Assembly: GCA_964386355.1 (NCBI GenBank)
Contig: CAYLQQ010000001.1
Location: 12,256-76,255, forward strand
Reading direction: 5' to 3'
DNA: 64,000 nucleotides
Origin: an uncultured Pseudomonadales bacterium
Lineage (GTDB): Bacteria > Patescibacteriota > Microgenomatia > UBA1400 > UBA1449
Part shown: positions 55,968 through 64,000 of the stretch, in pieces
Layout of the letters: the number at the start of each line of letters is the position of its first letter
Numbering within the stretch: position 1 is the stretch's first letter
The notes under the pieces: generated by a model
The model's database searches: none
Seen by the model: the letters and a program-made list of their open reading frames with translations, nothing else
Told to the model about the DNA's origin: nothing
Made by a program: the position numbers and the translations under genes

Positions 55968-58207
55968 ATACTACAGGCAGCAAAGCCACAAGCCTGGCAA
56001 GACTTACAACCCTCGTGGACCTGTAAAGTTCCCCCGCATTGCGGACAGGCATCGGCTTTGAGCTTAGAACTTCTAGCTTTTAATTTCCCCACAATAGTGT
56101 TTGATTTATTACTTTTCACTTTGGAGTTACTGCCTGTTCCTACATTGAGCACCTGCGTGGATCTTGAGGCATCACGGTAAATTGTAATCCCCTTGAGTTT
56201 GAGCTTCCAGGCAAGCATGAATGCCCTGCCTACATCTGCCACAGTTGAATCATGGCGCATGTTGATGGTTTTAGAAACCGCATTATCGGTATATTTTTGC
56301 CAGGCAGCTTGCATCTTGATATGATCTTCGATGGACAAGTCATGGGCAGTTACAAAAACTCTGCGGATTGAGACAGGGATTTGCTCAAGGTGTTGTATTG
56401 AACCTGCTTCCATAATTGACTGGATTTCGCCGTTATCAGCCATATGAGCTTTTTGAAGGGCTTTAAGAAGGTCCTGATTCATGTCGGGCAGTTTGTAACC
56501 TCCCATGACCTGCTTGTAAAATGCCAGTGCAAAGTGAGGTTCAATACCATAGGAGCATCCAGCAGCCATAGCAATAGAACCGGTTGGGGCAATGGTCGTA
56601 ATGGTTGCATTACGCATAGGCTTGAGGCCTTGTTTTTCCCACAGTGATCCCTTCCAATTAGGAAACTCACCTTTCTCTACTGCTAGCCTTTGACTTTCTT
56701 TACGGCCTTCATCTTCAATAAATGATGCTAGTTTTTCGGCCAGTTGTACGGCTTCCTTACTATTGTAAGCAACATCCAATCGTACAAGCATATCTGCCCA
56801 ACCCATAACACCCAACCCAATTTTCCGATTCGCTTTTACAACCCGATCAACCTTTTGTAGAGGATAACTGCAGATAGAAACCACGTTATCCAAGAAACGG
56901 ACCGAAAGCTGGACGGTCTCGCGGAGCTTATCCCAGTCTACGGAATAATTTATTACTTGTTGGCTGTTAGTTGTTGGTTGTTTGCCATTTCCCTTAATTC
57001 TTAATTCCTGAGTCTTAACTCGAGTGATGTGCTTAGCTAGATTAATACTCCCCAAATTACAGGCTTCGTATGGCAGCAGCGGCTGCTCTCCACAGAGATT
57101 GACTGACTCTATAGGCCCAACCTGCGGTGTGGGGTTATACTTGTTAATCTCATCTAAAAAGATCATGCCAGGATCGCCGTTTTTCCATGCCATCGTGGTT
57201 GCCAGGTCAAATATCGAGCGGGCATCAACTGAGTTTATTATCTCGCCCGTACGGGGGTTGATCATCGGCCATGCTTCATCTTTTTCAACCGCTTTCATGA
57301 ATTTACTCGTTAATCCAAGTGAGAAATTAATATGGTTAAGTGAGTTTTCATCTTCTTTACAGGTTAAAAACTCGAAAATATCCGGGTGAGTGACAGGTAA
57401 AACAACCATATTCCCAGATCGCCTACCACCTGCTTGCAAGAGCATGTCAGAGGCTTTGTTTAAAATGTGCATAATGGAAACCGGTCCGCATGCTCTGCCG
57501 GTGGTGGTTGCTACCAAATCACCTTTTGGCCGGATACGACCCATAGAAAACCCTACTCCGCCGCCGTTTTTTTTCAGAATTGATGACTCTTTAACCACCT
57601 GAAATACTCCATCGACGCTATCTGGCATAGGTAAGACAAAGCAGTTTGCCAACTGATTATTGATTGTGCCTGCATTAGCCAATGTCCGCCCGCCTGGTAA
57701 AAACCTAAACTCAGTCATGAGCTGATAAAACTTATCTTCCCATACTTTTTTATCCCTTTTCTCAGTTGCTGCTAGTGCTTTGGCGACTCTCTGGAACATT
57801 TCCCTAGGTGTTTCAATAATCTTGCCATTCTCGTCTTTTTGAAGGTACTTGTTGCCAATAACAATCAATTGGTTGTAGGATAAACCAAGATCATCCTTGA
57901 CTCCCAAACCCTTGCTGGCTCTTGCCTCTTGCCTCTGACGCTCCCTGGCAATGATGTAGGCTTTGGCAATATGGAACAGGTTTTCCTCTAAAAGTATGCG
58001 CTCTACCGTATCGCCGATATCATCCGTACCAATTACTGCTTCTTTATGTAAACGATTGTTAAGATCAGCATCCGCAAGATCGGCTATTCTGATCGCAATT
58101 TGCTCATCTAGCGCATTTATATTTTCCTGGGCACGCAGAATTGACCGGTAAATTTTATCCTTTTGGTAGGCCTGTGTTGACTTGGATCGTTTAATGACTT
58201 GCCACAT
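55964..58207 (-). CDS. nrdJ: class II (adenosylcobalamin-dependent) ribonucleotide reductase with an N-terminal ATP-cone and a C-terminal zinc ribbon
   Basis: Active-site VNLCGEQPL...ACNLGSINL. The C-terminal CPQCGG...CKSCQACG zinc ribbon is typical of monomeric NrdJ. Its stop overlaps the thyA stop. Confidence 0.85.
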   Translation of the reverse strand: MWQVIKRSKSTQAYQKDKIYRSILRAQENINALDEQIAIRIADLADADLNNRLHKEAVIGTDDIGDTVERILLEENLFHIAKAYIIARERQRQEARASKGLGVKDDLGLSYNQLIVIGNKYLQKDENGKIIETPREMFQRVAKALAATEKRDKKVWEDKFYQLMTEFRFLPGGRTLANAGTINNQLANCFVLPMPDSVDGVFQVVKESSILKKNGGGVGFSMGRIRPKGDLVATTTGRACGPVSIMHILNKASDMLLQAGGRRSGNMVVLPVTHPDIFEFLTCKEDENSLNHINFSLGLTSKFMKAVEKDEAWPMINPRTGEIINSVDARSIFDLATTMAWKNGDPGMIFLDEINKYNPTPQVGPIESVNLCGEQPLLPYEACNLGSINLAKHITRVKTQELRIKGNGKQPTTNSQQVINYSVDWDKLRETVQLSVRFLDNVVSICSYPLQKVDRVVKANRKIGLGVMGWADMLVRLDVAYNSKEAVQLAEKLASFIEDEGRKESQRLAVEKGEFPNWKGSLWEKQGLKPMRNATITTIAPTGSIAMAAGCSYGIEPHFALAFYKQVMGGYKLPDMNQDLLKALQKAHMADNGEIQSIMEAGSIQHLEQIPVSIRRVFVTAHDLSIEDHIKMQAAWQKYTDNAVSKTINMRHDSTVADVGRAFMLAWKLKLKGITIYRDASRSTQVLNVGTGSNSKVKSNKSNTIVGKLKARSSKLKADACPQCGGTLQVHEGCKSCQACGFAACSI

Positions 58208-58497
58208 GAGTGCAATTTAAAGTATGAATATTGAATTGGGAATTATGGAGAATGCGTTACCATACTTCTTACTTCATAACTCATACTTCCATTATTTATG
58301 GTGCCTAAAATTTATATCCCACTATGGGTAGTGTAGTCAATTGGAAAATTGAGAAATAATAAAGGGTTTATTTGTTGATAAATATTGTTCTATTAAAAGA
58401 TATTATTATGTAATATCTACCTTTTCTATGCTTATATATCCTGTTTAACTGTTCATCTGTAACTCGTTTCGTTTAAGTGTAAAGGAGATTAAGCATG

Positions 58498-60510
58498 CTA
58501 CTCTTGATTCTTAGAAGGTTTTGGCTTAGTCCAGGAAGCCCATTTGCACTCGGGGTATTTAGAACAGCCATAGAAGTGGCGACCTTTTTTGGTACGGCGC
58601 ATGATTACCTCACCGATCTTGCAGTCCGGACACGACATATTCTCAATTTTTTCGACATGGTTTTTCTTGAATTTACAATCTGGAAAGCGTGAGCAGGATA
58701 TAAATTTACCAAACCTACCGGTACGCACTACTAAGTCCCCTTCCTTACACTCGGGACACTTCTCACCGGTCGTTTCGGTGGCGATTTTGACCCGCTCGGC
58801 GTCCTTTTCTACACTTTTCACCTTATCAATAAATGGGTTATAGAAATCGGAAATAACAGGCACCCACTTAACTTGAGCCTGCGCAATCCTGTCCAGATCT
58901 TCCTCAACTTTGGCGGTAAAGTCATAATCCATGATCTTATCAAAATTGGTCTCCAAAAACTCAGTTACTGCCCGCCCGATTGCTGTCGGATGAAAGCGTT
59001 TTTCAATTTTTTCAACGTACTGGCGATCTTCAATCGTTGATATCGTTGGAGCATATGTCGAGGGCCTGCCGATACCTCTCTGTTCAAGAGCTTTAATGAG
59101 TGTACTTTCGCTGTACCGCGTAGGTGGCTCAGTAAATTTCTGCAATGATACCACCTCAATCAGACCCAATTTTTCACCCTGTGTAACCTCAGGCAAAACT
59201 ATCCGATCTTTTTCATCGCCACTCCCGTAGACTTTTCGCCAGCCATCAAACGTCTGAACCTCACCCACAGCCCGAAGGATGTATGTATCAGCTCTTACTA
59301 ACACGGTAGTTTTAAACACACGTGCTGCAGCCATCTGAGAGGCTAGGAATCGATTACTTATCAGCTGATAGAGTTTTTTACCCTGCACACCACAGGCTTC
59401 CGACACTGTATCCAAGGATAAGATCTTTGTTGGCCTGATAGCCTCGTGCGCCTCCTGGGCTAGTTTGCTCTGCGTTTTGAATACTCTGGTTTTCTCTGGA
59501 TAAAACTCCGGTCCGAACTCTTTGATAATGTGCTCTTTGGCCATTGCCAAAGCTTCACTGGAAAGATTGAGCGAATCCGTACGGTGGTATGTAATAAAGC
59601 CCTGTTCATAGAGCTGCTGGGCTGCCCGCATGGTATTTTTAGATGACCAGCCAAAGTGGTTGGCTGCAGACCGTTGCAAGGTTGAGGTAATAAACGGCGG
59701 CATCGGGCTTTGGGAAACTTCTTTTTGGTCGACAGAGTCTACACTATAAGAGGCTTTTTTGAGTTCATCCACTATCTTACCCGCATCTTTGCCATTTGTA
59801 ACCTTAGCCGTTTTACCATCAACTTTATAGAGTTCTGTTGTGAATTCATCTTTTTTCTGTTTTGACTCCCCACTCCGCTTCACGTCGGAGACTATAGTTT
59901 GAGTTTTGACATTTGCAGTTATTATCCAGTACTCCTCAGGTTTGAATGCCTCAATTTCTTTTTCGCGCTCGACAACTAGTTTAACAGTAACTGACTGAAC
60001 CCGTCCGGCAGACAAACCACGCCGAACTTTTTTCCACAAAACAGGGGAAAGCTTGTACCCTACCAGGCGGTCCAGGACTCTACGAGCCTGCTGGGCATCT
60101 ACAAGCGCTTCATTGATTTTTTCAGGATGATTGATTGCATGTTCAATTGCAGATCTCGTAATTTCATGAAATGTTGCCCGAACAAAATCAGGCTTCTTTT
60201 TTGCTTTTTTAAGGGCATCCTGCAAGAGCCATTGAACGTGATACCCTATCGCCTCACCCTCGCGATCAGGGTCTGTGGCAATGATAACAGTATCGGCTTT
60301 TTTTGCAGATACAGTAATTTTTTTAAGAACTTCACCTTTTTTATCAGCAATCTCATATGTTGGCTCAAAATTATGTTCCACATCGACACCTAAGCTGCTT
60401 TTAGGTAGATCACGTATATGACCCATAGAAGCCATAACTTCATAACCATCGCCCAAAAAACGAGACAGTGTTTTGGCTTTGGTGGGAGATTCAACAACGA
60501 TCAACTTCAT
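58498..60510 (-). CDS. topA: DNA topoisomerase I
   Basis: Toprim N-terminus MKLIVVESPTKAKTL, a catalytic tyrosine region, and C-terminal C4 zinc-ribbon repeats. The likely start is MKLIVV at 60510. Confidence 0.9.
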   Translation of the reverse strand: MKLIVVESPTKAKTLSRFLGDGYEVMASMGHIRDLPKSSLGVDVEHNFEPTYEIADKKGEVLKKITVSAKKADTVIIATDPDREGEAIGYHVQWLLQDALKKAKKKPDFVRATFHEITRSAIEHAINHPEKINEALVDAQQARRVLDRLVGYKLSPVLWKKVRRGLSAGRVQSVTVKLVVEREKEIEAFKPEEYWIITANVKTQTIVSDVKRSGESKQKKDEFTTELYKVDGKTAKVTNGKDAGKIVDELKKASYSVDSVDQKEVSQSPMPPFITSTLQRSAANHFGWSSKNTMRAAQQLYEQGFITYHRTDSLNLSSEALAMAKEHIIKEFGPEFYPEKTRVFKTQSKLAQEAHEAIRPTKILSLDTVSEACGVQGKKLYQLISNRFLASQMAAARVFKTTVLVRADTYILRAVGEVQTFDGWRKVYGSGDEKDRIVLPEVTQGEKLGLIEVVSLQKFTEPPTRYSESTLIKALEQRGIGRPSTYAPTISTIEDRQYVEKIEKRFHPTAIGRAVTEFLETNFDKIMDYDFTAKVEEDLDRIAQAQVKWVPVISDFYNPFIDKVKSVEKDAERVKIATETTGEKCPECKEGDLVVRTGRFGKFISCSRFPDCKFKKNHVEKIENMSCPDCKIGEVIMRRTKKGRHFYGCSKYPECKWASWTKPKPSKNQE

Positions 60511-60609
60511 ACGAAGCAATTCTAAAGGAAGTTAGCCTATCAGGCAATGAGGAAAGAGTTTACGAGTAAAAATATATGAGATATTTAATAATAGTATATG
60601 CGTGCTTTT

Positions 60610-61737
60610 TTAGGCTGCCATCCACACTCCATCTCCCAAATGCTTTATCATGCCCTTCAACTCTAACAAAGTCAAAGACGTAGTTAATAGAGGCAATGAC
60701 AGTTTCAACTCCCGACCTAATTCATCTACATGCCGTTGGCCATTTACCAGAAGCTGCCAGACCTGTTCCTGGGTTTTATCATCAAATTCCGGTTTTGTTA
60801 TCATTTGATGACCATTGGGTGCTGCGTTTACTGTTGTGTTTATATCAACAGAGGCAATATGAATTTCACTTAAGATATCCTCCACTGATAAAACCAGCTT
60901 AGCTCCCATCTGAATCAATTTAGCTGGTCCCTGTGACATTTGGGATGTAATAGGTCCGGGTATGGCGAATACTTCACGGTTTTGATCAACAGCCATCATA
61001 GCCGTAATGTTTGTACCGGACTGAGATGAACCTTCGGTAACCAGAACACCCAGTGAAAGACCAGAAACAATCCGGTTTCGTGCTGGAAAGTTACCCGGCA
61101 TCAGTTTTGTATGTGGTACAAATTCAGAAACAATCACACCCCTTTGTATCACTTCGGAAGCTAGCTGTTTATGTTCTGGAGGATATACTTCATCTAAACC
61201 ACATCCCAATACTGCAATTGTCCTTCCCCCTGCAGCTAGTGCAGCTTTATGAGCAATCCCATCAACTCCCCTAGCTAATCCAGATACAATAGTAAATCCT
61301 CTTGATACAAGCTGTGATACAAAACGTTCGGTGACTTCCCTGCCGTACGGAGTCACTTTACGGGTACCAACCACAGCCAGAGCCTTGGTATCGGTAGGTA
61401 CAAATGATCCTTTTATAAAAAGACCGATAGGACAATCAGGGATTTCCTGAAGCATCGAGGGAAATGTAGGATCACATTGTGGAAGGTATTGGATCTCAAA
61501 CCTTGCGAGCTGCTCTTTGACGTTTTTAAGATCAAACCTTGCTTTAGATAAAAAAACGGCTTCGATTATTTTAGGAGGAAATCCAAGTGAAAACCACTGG
61601 TCTTTAGGGGCAGTACATGCCAGCAGTGCATCACCAAAAGCCTGGACAACGAGCCTAAACCGTTTCGGGCCAATACCTTCGCAGTAATGAAAAAAAAGGT
61701 GGGCATCGGCTAGTGTGGAGGGTGATTGAGCGCTCAT
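60610..61737 (-). CDS. dprA: DNA processing protein DprA (Smf)
   Basis: HhH-like GIGPKRF and the Rossmann DprA core VVGTRKVTPYG...VSGLARGVDGIAHKAAL...VLGCGLD. Confidence 0.85.
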   Translation of the reverse strand: MSAQSPSTLADAHLFFHYCEGIGPKRFRLVVQAFGDALLACTAPKDQWFSLGFPPKIIEAVFLSKARFDLKNVKEQLARFEIQYLPQCDPTFPSMLQEIPDCPIGLFIKGSFVPTDTKALAVVGTRKVTPYGREVTERFVSQLVSRGFTIVSGLARGVDGIAHKAALAAGGRTIAVLGCGLDEVYPPEHKQLASEVIQRGVIVSEFVPHTKLMPGNFPARNRIVSGLSLGVLVTEGSSQSGTNITAMMAVDQNREVFAIPGPITSQMSQGPAKLIQMGAKLVLSVEDILSEIHIASVDINTTVNAAPNGHQMITKPEFDDKTQEQVWQLLVNGQRHVDELGRELKLSLPLLTTSLTLLELKGMIKHLGDGVWMAA

Positions 61738-63353
61738 TCGTGAACGTTTTTAAAATACTCAAGTAATAGCTCTCTTGCAAGAGGACCAGCTTTATCACTG
61801 CCCTGACCTGCTTCCTCAAGCAATACTGTAACTACAATCTCAGGATTTTCAACGGGGGCAAAGGCAGTTATCCAAGCATGCGTTGTTTCATTGAGTTTAC
61901 CGTGTTTGTCCATTCCCCCAATTTCTGCAGTACCTGTTTTACATGCGACCGGAATACGTGTCACAGTAGCTGATCCGCTTGCCTCTTCATAATAGTTTAT
62001 ACTATCTACAAGTTTTAGTAAGCTCTCGTTATCGACTCTAAAATTAAACAATGGCCAACCAGTTCCACCACTATCACACGCCCGCTTCATACCTTCTTTT
62101 ATAGTTGCCAGTGTCTGTTTTTGTATCCCTACATCAATACACCGTTTATAATCCTCACGTTCGCCAAGCTCAACTCCGGAAAGCGGTTTTTCCGTTATGA
62201 CAGCAATCACATCAGACGCACACCTCTGTCCCCCATTCGCTACAATTGTCGTCAGCATGTGCACCTGCAACGGTGTGACTTGCAGGTTTCCCTGGCCAAT
62301 GGACGTTATATAGGTATCGCCCGTATACCAGTCCTCACCCAATTGCTCTTGCTTCCATATTTCATCAGGAACCAAACCGAACGATTCTCCTTCAAGTGGA
62401 ATGCCAGTTTTTGAGCCAAACCCTAGCAAACGTGCCCACTGTGCTATTGTGGCTATTCCTGTCATTTCTCCAGCTTTATAAAAATAAATATCATTTGAAC
62501 GTTCTAAAGCTTTCACTACATCAACTTGACCATCTGTCCTGCCATATCCTGTGTAGTACCAGTTGCTATAGCTAAAATCACCAATCCTGATAATTCCCGT
62601 ATCTTCTATAAGCGTTTCCACATTGATTGCCTTGCTTTCAAGTCCAGCTATGGCAGTAACAATTTTAAATGTTGATGCTGGGGGATATAAACCGCCAATA
62701 GCCCGGTTAAAAAGTGGCATGGCTGTATTAGACAAGACTTGAGCAATTGCTGAAGTATCATGGTTTTCAAATATGTTGGGATCAAAATCAGGGAACGACA
62801 CTAAAGTAAGCAATTCTCCCTTGAGCGTACCAGCTAAGATCGCTCCCTGATATCCGGATTGTTGTAGAAGTTGTCGGGCTTTTGATTGCAGCCTGCTATC
62901 CAAACTAAGCTGTACATTTTTGCCTGAAATTGGTTCCCTTTGGGAATACTGCCTCAAAACTGTACCATCAGAACTGATTTCCTGAACTACTCCCCCGTTC
63001 AAACCAGCCAATACTTGATTCTCCTCTTTTTCGATACCCATTTTCCCAACCCTGCCACCAATTTCAACCCCAAAAAAACCAAGATCCTCTATATCTGCTT
63101 CACTCATGTAGCCAATAACATGAGAAAAGTCATTTGAGTAGAGATATCTTCGTTTTGCACCATCGTTGCCAACAACTAAAATGCCATTACGGTCAATTAT
63201 TTTGCCTCGATTTGCAAGGATTGGTTCTATACGAAAGCGGTTCTGGGCACTACGCTGAATAAAAGAGTTGCCCTGAATCAATTGTAATTGGATCAGGCGA
63301 ACAGTGAGGATAACAGAAATCAGAAGAATTACTACTCTAGATAGACCGGTCAT
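61734..63353 (-). CDS. penicillin-binding protein 2-type transpeptidase
   Basis: N-terminal TM anchor. SxxK (ASTFK), SxN (SNDIY) and KTG (CKTGTA) motifs are present. Confidence 0.85.
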   Translation of the reverse strand: MTGLSRVVILLISVILTVRLIQLQLIQGNSFIQRSAQNRFRIEPILANRGKIIDRNGILVVGNDGAKRRYLYSNDFSHVIGYMSEADIEDLGFFGVEIGGRVGKMGIEKEENQVLAGLNGGVVQEISSDGTVLRQYSQREPISGKNVQLSLDSRLQSKARQLLQQSGYQGAILAGTLKGELLTLVSFPDFDPNIFENHDTSAIAQVLSNTAMPLFNRAIGGLYPPASTFKIVTAIAGLESKAINVETLIEDTGIIRIGDFSYSNWYYTGYGRTDGQVDVVKALERSNDIYFYKAGEMTGIATIAQWARLLGFGSKTGIPLEGESFGLVPDEIWKQEQLGEDWYTGDTYITSIGQGNLQVTPLQVHMLTTIVANGGQRCASDVIAVITEKPLSGVELGEREDYKRCIDVGIQKQTLATIKEGMKRACDSGGTGWPLFNFRVDNESLLKLVDSINYYEEASGSATVTRIPVACKTGTAEIGGMDKHGKLNETTHAWITAFAPVENPEIVVTVLLEEAGQGSDKAGPLARELLLEYFKNVHE

Positions 63354-63437
63354 GAAGCAATTATATCAGTATAAAACAAAGACAGTTTCTGTATGATTTT
63401 AAGTCATCATATTTCTTTTTTGCTTGTACCTGTCTAT

Positions 63438-63986
63438 TTATGGGGCGACTTCTTGCCATGTATACTGATATATCTTAAACGCTTTAAGGTCTGAGGAGGT
63501 GTTTTTTAGCCGGTTAACCATTTCGGTATTTTGCATAAATTTTTCACCGGGAGTATTCTTATTTACCACCTCACCCAGATCGCGCCACAAATTTACTCCT
63601 TTCCAACTTATTAATCCACCTTTTATCTGTAACTGCACATCAACTGGAATTTCGGTGCTTGAGTTATTACTCTCATCTGTATATATCTCTCCGTCCGCTA
63701 TGAAAAAGCCGTGTGCTTCAGTCACTTGATACGTACTTTCATAATTAAACCAAATTGATCCCTTGGCAATAGCTACCACAATTCCAGTACTTGAAGCAAG
63801 TATATTAGTGGTAATACGAATATCTTTATTAAATAATATAGCAATTTCATTTTCAATTACATTAGATGCATACAGTTTTATTTCTGAGATGCTATCAGTT
63901 GCCTCCACTTCATATATGCCATTTTTTAAAAGTGCTAGATCTATAGAGCCTGTGCTGCCATTAAGCGGGATCAGGTAATCTGCCAA
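63438..63986 (-). CDS. hypothetical protein; may extend upstream beyond the window
   Basis: 182-aa ORF. The ATG at 63986 is only 14 nt from the window end, so the N-terminus is uncertain. Confidence 0.4.
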   Translation of the reverse strand: MADYLIPLNGSTGSIDLALLKNGIYEVEATDSISEIKLYASNVIENEIAILFNKDIRITTNILASSTGIVVAIAKGSIWFNYESTYQVTEAHGFFIADGEIYTDESNNSSTEIPVDVQLQIKGGLISWKGVNLWRDLGEVVNKNTPGEKFMQNTEMVNRLKNTSSDLKAFKIYQYTWQEVAP

Positions 63987-64000
63987 TTGCTTTGTCTGCC

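Noticed and set aside
1-64000. CRISPR array, IS element, integrase or rRNA operon
   Set aside because: No regularly spaced direct repeats were found. No DDE transposase or tyrosine-recombinase motifs appear in any frame. No 16S or 23S-like conserved stretches were noticed. Boundaries of the 36.8-50 kb island lack tRNA or att-like repeats, so it is not called a mobile element.

Overview
This is a low-GC (about 33-36%) bacterial chromosome segment with tightly packed genes on both strands. Reduced-genome, CPR/Patescibacteria-like traits are an inference from a short EF-Ts, a heavy nucleotide-salvage complement and K/N/I-rich proteins; I ran no searches. Recognisable housekeeping blocks are cysS, proS, dnaX-ybaB-recR, ybeY-yqeY-rpsU, rseP-frr, rpsB-tsf, pyrF, folA/thyA/nrdJ and topA-dprA-PBP2. 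Two accessory modules stand out. The first (9.4-13.1 kb, with a divergent lipase-like hydrolase) looks like a lipid scavenging/remodelling operon: acpS, then one long ORF fusing a fatty-acyl-AMP ligase, an embedded carrier domain and a PlsC-type acyltransferase, then a translationally coupled glycerophosphodiester phosphodiesterase. The second is the main candidate for a new system: an 11-gene, about 13.2 kb, all-minus-strand array (36,772-49,989). It is richer in GC (roughly 36-53% locally) and in R/A/G amino acids than its neighbours. It encodes purine nucleoside phosphorylase, a Gpt-like phosphoribosyltransferase, a guanylate-kinase-like protein, a thymidine-kinase::thymidylate-kinase fusion, a GTP cyclohydrolase II-like protein with a new N-terminal domain and a non-canonical motif, a SAM-methyltransferase-like protein, an actin-fold (ASKHA)-like protein and four large proteins with no recognisable family. 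Four of its gene junctions carry a GC hairpin plus U-tract sitting 0-6 nt from the next ATG with no Shine-Dalgarno sequence. Other curiosities are a nucleoside-deoxyribosyltransferase-like::RHH fusion next to tdk, an IMPDH/GMPR-family protein with a 170-aa N-terminal extension, a membrane protein with a C-terminal pilin-like domain, a VirD4/TraD-like ATPase with a long low-complexity tail, and a family of GAAGTAW heptamer repeats at three loci. I found no rRNA or tRNA genes, no CRISPR array and no transposase or integrase.
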